DNA of 64,000 nucleotides from Candidatus Poribacteria bacterium (GTDB lineage Bacteria; Poribacteria; WGA-4E; PCPOR2b): assembly GCA_965208425.1 (NCBI GenBank), contig OZ242335.1, positions 84,586 through 148,585 on the forward strand, written 5' to 3'. Positions 18,253 through 30,116 of the stretch are shown one piece after another. Position 1 is the first letter of the stretch, and every line of letters begins with the position of its first letter. The notes beneath the pieces were generated by a model, which worked only from the letters and a program-made list of their open reading frames with translations, was not told the origin of the DNA and did no database searches. A program made the position numbers and the translations under genes.

Positions 18253-19181
18253 CGAATTTCAAAGGTATCACTATGGTTTGGTTGAGCAAAACCGACTTGA
18301 GCAATCTTAACGCTGGTGAAGGTGGCGGTGGAAACGTTACCGAACTGAAGACCTATGACAACGGGCGTAAACCGTATGCTTCAGGCCAATCTGTTCGACA
18401 TGCGCTCCGAGAATCAATTGAACGCAATAATCCAGGCGTTTTTCTCTCCACACCGGAATCTCCGAGTGGTGATGTCGAAAACTGTTGGCTTTGCGATCTA
18501 TTTGGTTATTTGAATCCCAAGCTTGGCAAGGGTTTTGATCGGCGATGGTCCCCCATCAAAGCGACACCAGCTCTTGGGCAGATTGCTAACGATGTTGTTA
18601 CGGACCTGTTGATTCGGATGAGCGATCGAGAAAAATCTGATGAGAAAGCAACTCGTGACCAACGGATTGCCTATGTTCAAATGATGTCCAACGTATATCG
18701 CATTGGGATTTCGCTTGATGTTGCAAACATTGGGCTGGTAGTCCGTGCAAAGTATGAAGGAAAAGGCAAAGATCAAGCGTTTGCTGGATGGGAAACAGTC
18801 ACAGACATTGGGGTAGAAAAGCGTCGAGATCGTGCAATTGCAGTATTGGAAGCAATTGGTGGAATGACTGATTTCGCAAAACAGGCGCGAAATGCCGCCT
18901 CCCTTTCGCCAGATATTTTTATCGCTTCAACCCATTCTCGATATTCTCATCGAACTTTGCGTGCATTAGAGTGTGACGACAATGGCAAAGTCAACACCGA
19001 CACGTTACGAGTCATTTTGCAGGATTTGCAAGATGACGGAGCAACAGTGCTTTTCGGATTCACACCACACGTTGTAAAAAACGATGATGCCCTCCTTGAA
19101 ACCGTCAAGGAATTTGGGCTTGAACCGATAAACCCAATTCGAGGATTGCGAAACCTAACGGAAGTTGTTCAAAACGCCTAG
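18249..19181 (+). CDS. cas7: Cas7 (Cst2/DevR family)
   Basis: Motifs N.GEG.GN.TELK, PYASGQSVRHALR, DLFGYL, R.SPIK. Confidence 0.9.
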   Translation: MTNFKGITMVWLSKTDLSNLNAGEGGGGNVTELKTYDNGRKPYASGQSVRHALRESIERNNPGVFLSTPESPSGDVENCWLCDLFGYLNPKLGKGFDRRWSPIKATPALGQIANDVVTDLLIRMSDREKSDEKATRDQRIAYVQMMSNVYRIGISLDVANIGLVVRAKYEGKGKDQAFAGWETVTDIGVEKRRDRAIAVLEAIGGMTDFAKQARNAASLSPDIFIASTHSRYSHRTLRALECDDNGKVNTDTLRVILQDLQDDGATVLFGFTPHVVKNDDALLETVKEFGLEPINPIRGLRNLTEVVQNA

Positions 19182-19198
19182 GTTGAATGAAAACTGTC

Positions 19199-19220
19199 AG
19201 GGCGAGGAAATCCTCGCCCT
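19199..19220 (+). other. Stem-loop between cas7 and cas5
   Basis: AGGGCGAGG-AAAT-CCTCGCCCT perfect hairpin. Confidence 0.5.
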
Positions 19221-19240
19221 AATTTCAATTGGAGGGAATC

Positions 19241-19942
19241 ATGGAAAAGATTCTCACATTTGGCTTAATCTGTCCGTTCTGGACCTCGTTCCGCAACCCT
19301 AGTACGGTGAATGTTCATGTTACCTATCCGTTCCCGCCGCCAACGACCCTCTACGGCATGTTGAACGCTGCACGTGGAATGCCACAAGACTGGCATGATG
19401 ACCGCGACGAATGGCAAATTTCACTTGTTGTTGAGTCGAGTGGAAAGCTAATTGAAACATTCAGCAAGATCCTTAAACTTTACGAAGAAAAACGGAACAA
19501 AGCGGAAGTTGCAAAGGACAGGTATGGTAAAGCGGTTTTCGACAGAACAACGGTCATGCGACAGAAGATGATTGGCGTGCATTACACTGTTTATCTCAAG
19601 GCTGTGGAAACCCAACTGATTCAAGCGCAGCGCGCGTTACTATCTCCACAGTGGCCCCTTTATTTAGGAGAATCCGATGACCTCGTTGATGTGCTTTCGC
19701 CACGCATTATTGAAGTTGAGCCGGTTTTCGCTCCTCACATCCATTCAATTCTTCCGGGGTTGGCAGAAGGTTGCCAATTGGTAAAAGTGCCTCACCGATT
19801 TATAAAACAGGGTCAAAACTGGCACGTAGAGCAACAACTTTACTCGATCCCACCTGAAGGAGAAGGGATTGAATTAAGTGAACCGAAAATGGCGTATTCA
19901 ATTGAAGGAAGGAACGTGATTTTCGATGAACATTCTTGGTAA
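19241..19942 (+). CDS. cas5: Cas5
   Basis: SFRNP......TYPFPPPTTLYGML..A.G and LYLGESDDLV. Confidence 0.92.
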   Translation: MEKILTFGLICPFWTSFRNPSTVNVHVTYPFPPPTTLYGMLNAARGMPQDWHDDRDEWQISLVVESSGKLIETFSKILKLYEEKRNKAEVAKDRYGKAVFDRTTVMRQKMIGVHYTVYLKAVETQLIQAQRALLSPQWPLYLGESDDLVDVLSPRIIEVEPVFAPHIHSILPGLAEGCQLVKVPHRFIKQGQNWHVEQQLYSIPPEGEGIELSEPKMAYSIEGRNVIFDEHSW

Positions 19943-22379
19943 ACCGAATCAAACACTGTTTGGGCATATCCGCGATTGCCTGACTGTCTGTGATGAGATG
20001 CTTATCCGGCGCGACCCGTTCTTACGAAATTTCTGTCAGCGATACGGTTGGGACTGGAAAGAAGTGCGTCGTTGCATTCGATTTGCAGTCTGGTTTCACG
20101 ACATCGGTAAGGCGTCAAATCAATGGCAGCAGTACATCAGAAAGCAAGGTCCATCAGTTACACACGCGCTCCCATCTTTTGCAATCGGCGCGACAAGTCT
20201 CGGTGTAGGTGGATTTGAAAAAAGTCCACGATTTGCGGCACTGTTTGCGATTCTAGCGCATCACCTACAGATGCTCCACGACGGTTCTTTTCCCGAAGAG
20301 AGAAATCGGTGCTGTGTTGATATGCCGGTGACGTATGTCACCGAACATCTTGCATGTTTTCGTGAGTTTGAACCCAATTTTGCACTTACGGATCGACGAA
20401 TACCGCAGATTGACTTGAGGCGAGCCTGCACAATTCTCGAAAAAGTCAAAACCGATGTTCACGAGGCAAAAGACTTACAATTCAAGGTGCTCTATTCCCT
20501 CATCCTCAACATGCTAACAGCCTCCGACTACTATGCGAGTGAAAATGCGCCCAAGGTCGGTTCGCCAGATAATCCCTGCGAGACAAATCTGACACGCGGT
20601 CAACTCGTGTTAATTAACGATAAATTTCCGCTGTACGACAACAGTCCGTTGAAATCTTTACCGTTTTTATCCGAGGGCACAACGCCTAACCCTATGCAAC
20701 GAGAAACCATAGCATCTGATTCGGACCGATTGATTCTGAACGCGGGATGTGGTGAAGGAAAAACAGCAGCAGCGTTACTCTTTGGGCAGAAGTGGTTACG
20801 AGAGAATCGTATTGAACGGATTATACTCACACTGCCAACAAAATTCACTGCAAATAATCTGTATCGTGACCTGGGCCCAGAAGAATACGACATTCCTGAG
20901 GAATTGGTGGGCATCGTACACGGCGATTCAAGAGAATTTCTGACGAACCTGACAGAAACGGAAGAAGAAAACAGTGAACAGGAAGATACAAACGGGAATA
21001 TAAAGGCGCAGTTATTTGAGAACAATTTCTATGCGAAACCTGTGACGATTTCGACGGTTGATCATCTGCTCATGAGTCTCTATCACGGCTACAAATATGC
21101 CGATCGAGCGTTTTTCAATGTGGCATCTTCTCTCGTAGTTTTCGATGAAGTTCACTACTACGAAGGGCGGACAATGGAAGCGATCGCTGAAGCAATGCGT
21201 CGTTTAACGCAGTTGAAAATTCCGCATATAGTGATGACAGCTACAATTCCAACTGTTGTGCGTCAGTGCTTTGACCAATTAAATCGTGATCAACCATATC
21301 CCTTCCAACGTGCACCCGCGGTAATTTCCAGCACAGCAGAGCCAAAAGCACCATTTGAAATTACGCGCCTTCACGAAACTCCACTTGATGAAGAAGACAT
21401 CATTTCATCGGAACTTCTGGATCTGGTAGAGCAGAATCGGGACAAACGGCAAATTATCTTTGTCAACCAAGTCAACCGAGCAAAGTACATTTATCGCGCA
21501 CTGCAAGGACGACACATCTGTGATAACCTGATCTGCTACCATTCTAGTTTCATCGGCAAAGATCGCGTAAAAAAGGAAGAGATTATCCGTTCACTTTTCA
21601 AAGACCCAGATCGCCGCAAAGATGATGAACGTAAAATCCTTGAGGAATATGATTTCAGAAACTCGGATGCCTGTGTACTAGTATCAACACAGGTAAGTGA
21701 ACTCAGTTTAGACATCAGCGCAGATGTTATGTATTCCGAGATCGCCCCAATTGACTCGATTGTTCAACGCGGTGGGAGACTGAATCGCAAAGGTGAAACA
21801 CCTGTTGACGAACAGACGGGATATACCTATCGCCTCTATCTCATGCCCGCCTATGAGGAGGAAAGGGCGTGCCTACCTTACGAACCTGATATATTACAGA
21901 GGTCGTGGGATGCGATTGGGGACCGATACACTTTCCAAGATGCGTGTGCATGGGTTGATGCGGTTTATCAAGAATGTCAACCACTTATGCACAACGAACT
22001 CTCGATCGCAATTCACACGGATCTTGTTTTCGGTAAACGCCCGCAGGACAACTATGCTGGAGAAACTGAAGAGGAGGGAAGGGTTGTCATTCGGGAGCCG
22101 CGTTATCAAACGTACGACGTTGTACCGTCGGAGTTTGAAGAGTTAGTAGTTGACGATTATCGGAAATTCAAGAGCCGTCACCTGAGTATTTCAGCACGGG
22201 CGTTTTGGAGAGCCGACAAGAACGATCAGCTGTATCGCCGGGAGGGCAAACTTGAACTTGACAATCGACGAACTGGAAAGAGCAGGATCAGTCAGATACC
22301 GTTCACAGCAATTCACGCTACCTACACATTCGACATCGGGCTTGAAACAGATTTAGAAAAACCCACGAGTTTTCTATAA
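19926..22379 (+). CDS. cas3: Cas3 HD nuclease-helicase
   Basis: H..., HDIGK, H..., AHH, SD in the HD domain; GEGKT, DEVH, TAT, STQV.ELSLDI, QRGGRLNR. Confidence 0.95.
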   Translation: MNILGKPNQTLFGHIRDCLTVCDEMLIRRDPFLRNFCQRYGWDWKEVRRCIRFAVWFHDIGKASNQWQQYIRKQGPSVTHALPSFAIGATSLGVGGFEKSPRFAALFAILAHHLQMLHDGSFPEERNRCCVDMPVTYVTEHLACFREFEPNFALTDRRIPQIDLRRACTILEKVKTDVHEAKDLQFKVLYSLILNMLTASDYYASENAPKVGSPDNPCETNLTRGQLVLINDKFPLYDNSPLKSLPFLSEGTTPNPMQRETIASDSDRLILNAGCGEGKTAAALLFGQKWLRENRIERIILTLPTKFTANNLYRDLGPEEYDIPEELVGIVHGDSREFLTNLTETEEENSEQEDTNGNIKAQLFENNFYAKPVTISTVDHLLMSLYHGYKYADRAFFNVASSLVVFDEVHYYEGRTMEAIAEAMRRLTQLKIPHIVMTATIPTVVRQCFDQLNRDQPYPFQRAPAVISSTAEPKAPFEITRLHETPLDEEDIISSELLDLVEQNRDKRQIIFVNQVNRAKYIYRALQGRHICDNLICYHSSFIGKDRVKKEEIIRSLFKDPDRRKDDERKILEEYDFRNSDACVLVSTQVSELSLDISADVMYSEIAPIDSIVQRGGRLNRKGETPVDEQTGYTYRLYLMPAYEEERACLPYEPDILQRSWDAIGDRYTFQDACAWVDAVYQECQPLMHNELSIAIHTDLVFGKRPQDNYAGETEEEGRVVIREPRYQTYDVVPSEFEELVVDDYRKFKSRHLSISARAFWRADKNDQLYRREGKLELDNRRTGKSRISQIPFTAIHATYTFDIGLETDLEKPTSFL

Positions 22380-22391
22380 GGAGATACACCG

Positions 22392-22901
22392 ATGCAAAAC
22401 CCAGACCAACCCCGTATCACCGGCACAACAATCAACTATCTCCACGTCTGTCCACGAAAGCTCTGGTTCTTTCAGAACCATATTGAAATGGAACACACTT
22501 CAGACCTCGTTTCCATGGGACAGCTGCTACACGAGGAGAGCTACAGTCGTGAAAAACGGAAGGAGCGATCGATTGATGACCTCATCCGTATTGACTTCGT
22601 CGACAAAGACGGCATCTTGCATGATGTCAAGTCAGGGAGATCGATGGAGAAGGCACACGAGATGCAAATCCTCTATTACCTCTATCTCCTCAAACAGAAA
22701 GGAGTGACGAATCGGAAAGGGGTTATCAACTACCCGCGCCAACGGCGGACCGTTGAGGTCGAATTGACTCCAGAGAAAGAGTGCGAAGTTGAGGAAGCGA
22801 TTCGAGAGGTCAAAAGAATTTCCAACCTACCAACCCCTCCGGAAGTGGCGTTCATGAGGATTTGTAAATCGTGTAGCTATATGGAATTGTGTTGGAGTTG
22901 A
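22392..22901 (+). CDS. cas4: Cas4
   Basis: CPRKLW, G.LLHEESY, IDF, DVK, C..CSY.ELC. Confidence 0.95.
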   Translation: MQNPDQPRITGTTINYLHVCPRKLWFFQNHIEMEHTSDLVSMGQLLHEESYSREKRKERSIDDLIRIDFVDKDGILHDVKSGRSMEKAHEMQILYYLYLLKQKGVTNRKGVINYPRQRRTVEVELTPEKECEVEEAIREVKRISNLPTPPEVAFMRICKSCSYMELCWS

Positions 22902-22904
22902 AAG

Positions 22905-23178
22905 GCACTAGAAACCGAGTTTTTCCCCGGTCACGGGATCCTCTCGGACTTGAAAACTCGGTTTCTCTATCTTGGGTAGATTTTAGAATTACCTAGACAC
23001 TCCCGATGTGCAACCAACCCCCTAAATCCCCCAACCCTAACCCCCCTAACCCCCCTTATCAGGGGGGAAACCGTTGTCAGGGGGACTTATGAACCCGTAC
23101 CTTGTCAACCGTGCCAAGCACAAGATTCAAGGGGAAACCGTTGTCAGGGGGACTTATGAACCAACTGCGTAAGTCCTA
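22905..23178. repeat. REP-like repeat cluster between cas4 and cas1
   Basis: GAAACCGAGTTTT/AAAACTCGGTTTC hairpin, CCCCCT...AGGGGG motifs, and a 32-bp direct repeat at 23064 and 23131. Confidence 0.55.
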
Positions 23179-23202
23179 AAAAAATAAAGGAGAAAAACAG
23201 CC

Positions 23203-24198
23203 ATGTCTCGTAACTACTACATCAGCCAGTCGGGTAGATTACGCCGAAAGGATAACACCATCTATCTCGAAAAAGAGGACGGTTCGCGTGTACCGATTCC
23301 GATCGAGGATGTGGACGCATTCTACCTCTATGGCGAACTAGACCTGAACACACGGCTTCTCAACTTCATGGCACAGAAGCATGTACCCATCCACGTGTTC
23401 AACTACTACGGCTACTATTCTGGCACCTACTATCCGCGAGAATATCTGAACTCTGGATTTCTCACGGTAAAGCAGGTGCAGCATTATGAACGGAAATCGA
23501 AACGTCTGCCGATTGCCCACGAATTTGTTTCGGCGGCGGTGGCGAATATTCTGCGAAATCTGCGTTACCGTGCGAATCGTGACGCGGATTGTTCCGAGCA
23601 GCTGAGTATCATTGAGGCAATAGAAACTGAGATTCCGCACGCGCAAAGTGTTGATGAACTGATGGGGTACGAAGGAAATGTCCGCGAAACCTACTACCGC
23701 GCCTTCAACGCTATTATCGATCTACAAACCCCTTTTGAAAAGCGAATCCGCCAACCGCCCGATAATCCCATCAACGCCGCCATTTCGTTTGGTAATTCGC
23801 TGATGTATACCGCTTGCCTGACTGAGATCTACCGGACACAACTCAATCCGACCATCAGTTTCCTGCATGAGCCGGGGGAACGCCGATTCTCGTTGAGCCT
23901 CGATCTGGCGGAGATCTTCAAGCCGATTATTGTTGACAGAGTGATTTTCCGGTTGTTCAATCGGGGACAGCTCAAAGAGGCGAAGCACTTTGAAACCGAA
24001 ACAGGAGGCTGCTATCTGAACGAGAGTGGGAGACGACTGTTTCTCCAAGCATTCGATGAGCAACTTAAACAGACGATTGACCATCGAAAGTTGAAACGCA
24101 AAGTGTCTTACCAACGCCTAATCCGCCTCGAATGCTACAAATTGATTAAGCATCTGACAGGCATGGAAACCTATCAGGCGTTTCGGGCGTGGTGGTAA
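23203..24198 (+). CDS. cas1: Cas1 (type I-B)
   Basis: G.L.RKDNT, FNYYGYYSG, LMGYEG, NAAISFGNSLMY, FLHEP..RRFSLSLDLAEIFKP. Confidence 0.97.
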   Translation: MSRNYYISQSGRLRRKDNTIYLEKEDGSRVPIPIEDVDAFYLYGELDLNTRLLNFMAQKHVPIHVFNYYGYYSGTYYPREYLNSGFLTVKQVQHYERKSKRLPIAHEFVSAAVANILRNLRYRANRDADCSEQLSIIEAIETEIPHAQSVDELMGYEGNVRETYYRAFNAIIDLQTPFEKRIRQPPDNPINAAISFGNSLMYTACLTEIYRTQLNPTISFLHEPGERRFSLSLDLAEIFKPIIVDRVIFRLFNRGQLKEAKHFETETGGCYLNESGRRLFLQAFDEQLKQTIDHRKLKRKVSYQRLIRLECYKLIKHLTGMETYQAFRAWW

Positions 24199-24485
24199 AA
24201 TATTGATTTTGGGTAGGGTGCCCTGGCAAAATCTAACAAAATCTAACACTTTCATGGTGGTAAAACACCGACTGTGAGTAGGCAGGGCATCACTCAAGGT
24301 TAAAACAACTTCTTGGTGAGTGGCTGCGTAAAACATTAATTGTAGGTAGGCGGGGCATCCCCGGTCACGGGATCCTCTCGGACTTGCCCTGCCTTATGCC
24401 GGTGTGGTGCCAACTTCCGTAGGTCGGGCTTCCTAGCCCGACCCGAACCCATGTTTATATAGCAATCAAACGGGAGACCGTTACA

Positions 24486-24749
24486 ATGTATGTCATTATC
24501 GTATATGACATTGACGTGAAACGGGTTGCGAAAGTCTGCAAATACCTACGTCAACACCTCAACTGGGTCCAGAACTCCGTCTTTGAAGGCGAATTGACAA
24601 AGGCTCAATTGGCGCGAGTGAAGTCAGGGCTTTTGGGGATTATTGAGGACAGCGAAGATTCAGTGCTCATCTACCAAATGCGCCATGAGAAGTGGATGGA
24701 CAAACAGGTTATCGGTATCGAAAAAAATCCGGTGACAAATCTCTTATGA
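24486..24749 (+). CDS. cas2: Cas2
   Basis: MYVIIVYDI, WVQNSVFEGEL, DSVLIY. Confidence 0.97.
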   Translation: MYVIIVYDIDVKRVAKVCKYLRQHLNWVQNSVFEGELTKAQLARVKSGLLGIIEDSEDSVLIYQMRHEKWMDKQVIGIEKNPVTNLL

Positions 24750-25003
24750 CCGTGTACAACAAGGGATTGCAGCATTTCTGCATAAATGGCGGGTCGTCAA
24801 CCTCAATCTCTAGGACAATTTTCTTAATCCATAAGGCGGCGTTTTTGCCCTAATATGATAGATTTGAAGCGTAACAACGTGCTGTCGTCAACCTCCCATG
24901 AATTTTGCACAACCGGATGTTGACGACTTTTGAACCTAACGACAATTTTCTCCTTGTAGATATAGTGCGGGTTTTGTATAATATTCCCCGTTGATTTTTC
25001 GGA
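24750..25003 (+). promoter_or_regulatory. CRISPR leader
   Basis: Non-coding region between cas2 and the first repeat; TGTATAAT near 24975; GTCGTCAACCTC occurs twice. Confidence 0.65.
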
Positions 25004-28000
25004 CTTTTAATCGAACCATTGTGGAATTGAAACAGTTTCATAGCCTCTGCAGCACGTTCGCAACGTTCGGGCCTTTTAATCGAACCATTGTGGAATTGAA
25101 ACGCGTGGACGGCGTACCGTTTCAGGTCGTACTCAGCAGCTTTTAATCGAACCATTGTGGAATTGAAACACCGACGTAGCGGTTCAGGTGCGATTCTCCC
25201 TCCAACTTTTAATCGAACCATTGTGGAATTGAAACATAGTTCTCGGGCGCTCCCAGATGTAGCTGCTCTGTCCTTTTAATCGAACCATTGTGGAATTGAA
25301 ACTCGCTTCAATTTCGTCGCGGAGGTCGTCAACGGCTCCTTTTAATCGAACCATTGTGGAATTGAAACATCATCATCGCTCAGATATAAATACTCCGCAG
25401 TTGTCTTTTAATCGAACCATTGTGGAATTGAAACTATTTCTTCTGTCCCCGTTTCCCCGACAATTTCAAACTTTTAATCGAACCATTGTGGAATTGAAAC
25501 TGAACCCGGCATCGGTCGCTGTGGCGTTTCGGAGGGCTTTTAATCGAACCATTGTGGAATTGAAACATCGACTTCGGCTAATTCGTAGCCTTCCGCATCG
25601 ACTTTTAATCGAACCATTGTGGAATTGAAACTATTTACCGCCTCCACCCAAACGGGGGGCTAACGCGCTTTTAATCGAACCATTGTGGAATTGAAACCCG
25701 CCTCTTCGGCGTCGGTGAGGTCGTCGTATTCGTCTTTTAATCGAACCATTGTGGAATTGAAACAGGTAGACGGCGCTCACGTTGGCTGATCCGCGTCTTA
25801 CTTTTAATCGAACCATTGTGGAATTGAAACCTTTGACTTGGCTTCGGAGGAGGCTATCAAGACTTCTTTTAATCGAACCATTGTGGAATTGAAACATTGA
25901 TGAGTTGGCTTATTGACAGGTTGGTGTGGGGGCTTTTAATCGAACCATTGTGGAATTGAAACACGGGCTGTCAAGAAACATGGGAAAGAAGCGTTTGACT
26001 TTTAATCGAACCATTGTGGAATTGAAACGTCAATCGTATCGAATCATTATTTAAGCCAGTGGCTTCTTTTAATCGAACCATTGTGGAATTGAAACTGTGC
26101 TTGTCTTCAACTTTATCGTTGTCGATAAATCGCTTTTAATCGAACCATTGTGGAATTGAAACAGATTGGAAAAACTTGGGGGCTTCGATAGGTCGTAGTC
26201 TTTTAATCGAACCATTGTGGAATTGAAACTGTTTGAAAGCCCATACGCCATCGCCCTGACCACATCTTTTAATCGAACCATTGTGGAATTGAAACAACAC
26301 ATTGAATAGACGGACGACACAGTAATCCCTACCTTTTAATCGAACCATTGTGGAATTGAAACCACGCCACATCAGCGGTACATCGTCAATCAATCGACTT
26401 TTAATCGAACCATTGTGGAATTGAAACGTTGAACTGAATATAAACCGGCTCTGACAGTTTGACTTTTAATCGAACCATTGTGGAATTGAAACACGGGAAC
26501 AGATTACTCAACTGACAAGACGACAACGCTTTTAATCGAACCATTGTGGAATTGAAACGGAGAATCATCAGCGTTAGCAAATGGTCAGTCAAGCCTTTTA
26601 ATCGAACCATTGTGGAATTGAAACGGAGAATCATCAGCGTTAGCAAATGGTCAGTCAAGCCTTTTAATCGAACCATTGTGGAATTGAAACGATAACTATT
26701 TTGATGGTACTGTACCTGGACGGCGGACTTTTAATCGAACCATTGTGGAATTGAAACTGTTATGCTATTGATTCTGTTACTGAAAGTGGTTACCTTTTAA
26801 TCGAACCATTGTGGAATTGAAACATCATACGGGACATCCAGCTTAGCAGCCTCCGCGACCGCTTTTAATCGAACCATTGTGGAATTGAAACGGGGTATTG
26901 TTTCCGAGCAGGCTCATGGCAGGCGTTCTTTTAATCGAACCATTGTGGAATTGAAACACCCGAAGAAGGGAAACAGCCATGACCCAAGACGAGCTTTTAA
27001 TCGAACCATTGTGGAATTGAAACCTGTGCCTTGCTCAACGATTTCGAGTAAGCAAACGCCTTTTAATCGAACCATTGTGGAATTGAAACGATAACTATTT
27101 TGATGGTACTGTACCTGGACGGCGGACTTTTAATCGAACCATTGTGGAATTGAAACTGTTATGCTATTGATTCTGTTACTGAAAGTGGTTACCTTTTAAT
27201 CGAACCATTGTGGAATTGAAACATCATACGGGACATCCAGCTTAGCAGCCTCCGCGACCGCTTTTAATCGAACCATTGTGGAATTGAAACGGGGTATTGT
27301 TTCCGAGCAGGCTCATGGCAGGCGTTCTTTTAATCGAACCATTGTGGAATTGAAACAAATAATAGGGGATGGCTTTGACGAAGCAAGGCAAACTTTTAAT
27401 CGAACCATTGTGGAATTGAAACCAGAGAGACAATCTTGTTGTCGGCAAGCCCGTCGCGCTTTTAATCGAACCATTGTGGAATTGAAACGAGTTCTAGCTG
27501 TTCAGACGCGCCTTCAGGGGTGATGACTTTTAATCGAACCATTGTGGAATTGAAACATAATGATGACGAAGCCCAACGATCTCTCCAACATCGCTTTTAA
27601 TCGAACCATTGTGGAATTGAAACCCCGATGGGCTGTGATCATATCTATGGTCTTCCAGACTTTTAATCGAACCATTGTGGAATTGAAACTCAAACGCTTG
27701 TCCCGCGTAGATGATCGGTAGCATCCTTTTAATCGAACCATTGTGGAATTGAAACACGCTCAACACCCGCGAAGTCGCTCGTGATGTCGTCACTTTTAAT
27801 CGAACCATTGTGGAATTGAAACAATGTAGGCAGATGATTCGGTGGTATTAATGCGCCCACTTTTAATCGAACCATTGTGGAATTGAAACATCACATGCAC
27901 GGACGCCGGCGCACCAACGAGGAGACTTTTAATCGAACCATTGTGGAATTGAAACGTCAATCGTATCGAATCATTATTTAAGCCAGTGGCTTCTTTTAAT

Positions 28001-30116
28001 CGAACCATTGTGGAATTGAAACTGTGCTTGTCTTCAACTTTATCGTTGTCGATAAATCGCTTTTAATCGAACCATTGTGGAATTGAAACATAGCTGATGA
28101 ACATCTTCTGATAAACGGACTATTGCTTTTAATCGAACCATTGTGGAATTGAAACCTAAAATGGTAAATCATTGATGGGATCAAATGCTGCCTTTTAATC
28201 GAACCATTGTGGAATTGAAACGAACGGCGGGGAGCGCGTCTAACTTGGATTCGTCTGCCTTTTAATCGAACCATTGTGGAATTGAAACTTTTGGGATAAT
28301 GGTCTGGCAAATCTTCTATCTGCTGCTTTTAATCGAACCATTGTGGAATTGAAACTCTCAAATAGCCGTTCACGGGACGGGCTTAACTCACGCTTTTAAT
28401 CGAACCATTGTGGAATTGAAACAGCGCAAGGTGAAATTGGTCAAATGCTTGCCAAGTTCTTTTAATCGAACCATTGTGGAATTGAAACTTATCTTCTCGA
28501 ATAACGACCGAAACTGATCGATCGGCTTTTAATCGAACCATTGTGGAATTGAAACTCTCAAATAGCCGTTCACGGGACGGGCTTAACTCACGCTTTTAAT
28601 CGAACCATTGTGGAATTGAAACAGCGCAAGGTGAAATTGGTCAAATGCTTGCCAAGTTCTTTTAATCGAACCATTGTGGAATTGAAACTTATCTTCTCGA
28701 ATAACGACCGAAACTGATCGATCGGCTTTTAATCGAACCATTGTGGAATTGAAACCTTCACTCCCTTGTACATCAAGTGCAAGCAAGCCAACTTTTAATC
28801 GAACCATTGTGGAATTGAAACATGTTGCGGGGTATCCGTTGGGGCTTGATCAACCGACTTTTAATCGAACCATTGTGGAATTGAAACTATATCGTCTGCC
28901 TGAGCGTCCACGTCGAAGTCCCTCCTTTTAATCGAACCATTGTGGAATTGAAACCAGAAGCCCTTATCGCCAAGTATGAAGGCAATCTGACTTTTAATCG
29001 AACCATTGTGGAATTGAAACGATGTGAGTTTCGAGATATTCGTATGGAAATTCGGTCACTTTTAATCGAACCATTGTGGAATTGAAACTAGCGCGTCGGT
29101 AGACTGCCGAGGTAGAGAACTGCACACTTTTAATCGAACCATTGTGGAATTGAAACATCACCGTCAACCTGTCTTTTGCCCTTGTCATCCCGCTTTTAAT
29201 CGAACCATTGTGGAATTGAAACCTTTTGTGGCGTTGGCGGACGGGGCAAGCCAACTTGCTTTTAATCGAACCATTGTGGAATTGAAACGAGACGATCTTA
29301 TACTCATCATCGCTGGTATCCAGCACTTTTAATCGAACCATTGTGGAATTGAAACGCCTCCAGCACCTCAAAGGGGAGACCGTCTGGGGCGACTTTTAAT
29401 CGAACCATTGTGGAATTGAAACATATAACGGGACACACGTATCTTGGGTCAGGAACTTCTTTTAATCGAACCATTGTGGAATTGAAACTTTATATCTGCA
29501 AGCTGATGGTACGTTTATATCAGCCTTTTAATCGAACCATTGTGGAATTGAAACGTCCGCAGTCTCGTCGAATAGCGTCGGGATGCCCTCCTTTTAATCG
29601 AACCATTGTGGAATTGAAACTGCCGATCTTAACGCAGATCGGTTTGGACATTCGAACTTTTAATCGAACCATTGTGGAATTGAAACACGTGATCCAAAAG
29701 CCGATTATGAAAAAGTCTAAACTTTTAATCGAACCATTGTGGAATTGAAACTGTCTCATGCCATACATTTCCATCAGATGAATACTGCTTTTAATCGAAC
29801 CATTGTGGAATTGAAACTTCTATGCTTATTCAAGATACGATGCGCCGTCAAGCCTTTTAATCGAACCATTGTGGAATTGAAACTTCGATGATTATTGTGC
29901 AGTGGAGGCTTAGTTTGACGCTTTTAATCGAACCATTGTGGAATTGAAACTGACGAGACAGATGGGCCGACCGTGCAACTATTTAGTCTTGGCTCATGTA
30001 AAGAAATAGTGCAAAGAAACCGAGTTTTCAAGAAAAAACTCGGTTTCTCTTCGCATTTTGCACTTTCTTTTGATATGAACCTTAGTCTTTTAATGGAACC
30101 ATTGTGGAATTGAAAA
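25004..30116 (+). CRISPR. CRISPR array, repeat CTTTTAATCGAACCATTGTGGAATTGAAAC (30 bp), about 76 repeats and 75 spacers of 35-39 bp
   Basis: Manual count. The 3' ATTGAAAC handle and a degenerate distal repeat (30087-30116) set the + orientation. Confidence 0.98.
29991..30081. mobile_element. MITE family A inserted at the last spacer/repeat junction
   Basis: GGCTCATGTAA...ATATGAACC with 8-bp duplication TTAGTCTT. Confidence 0.85.

Noticed and set aside
26096-26132. Spacer ending in CGATAAATCG as self-targeting of the palindrome family
   Set aside because: Only 10 nt match and the rest of the spacer does not. No full self-match of any spacer was noticed by eye (not exhaustively searched).
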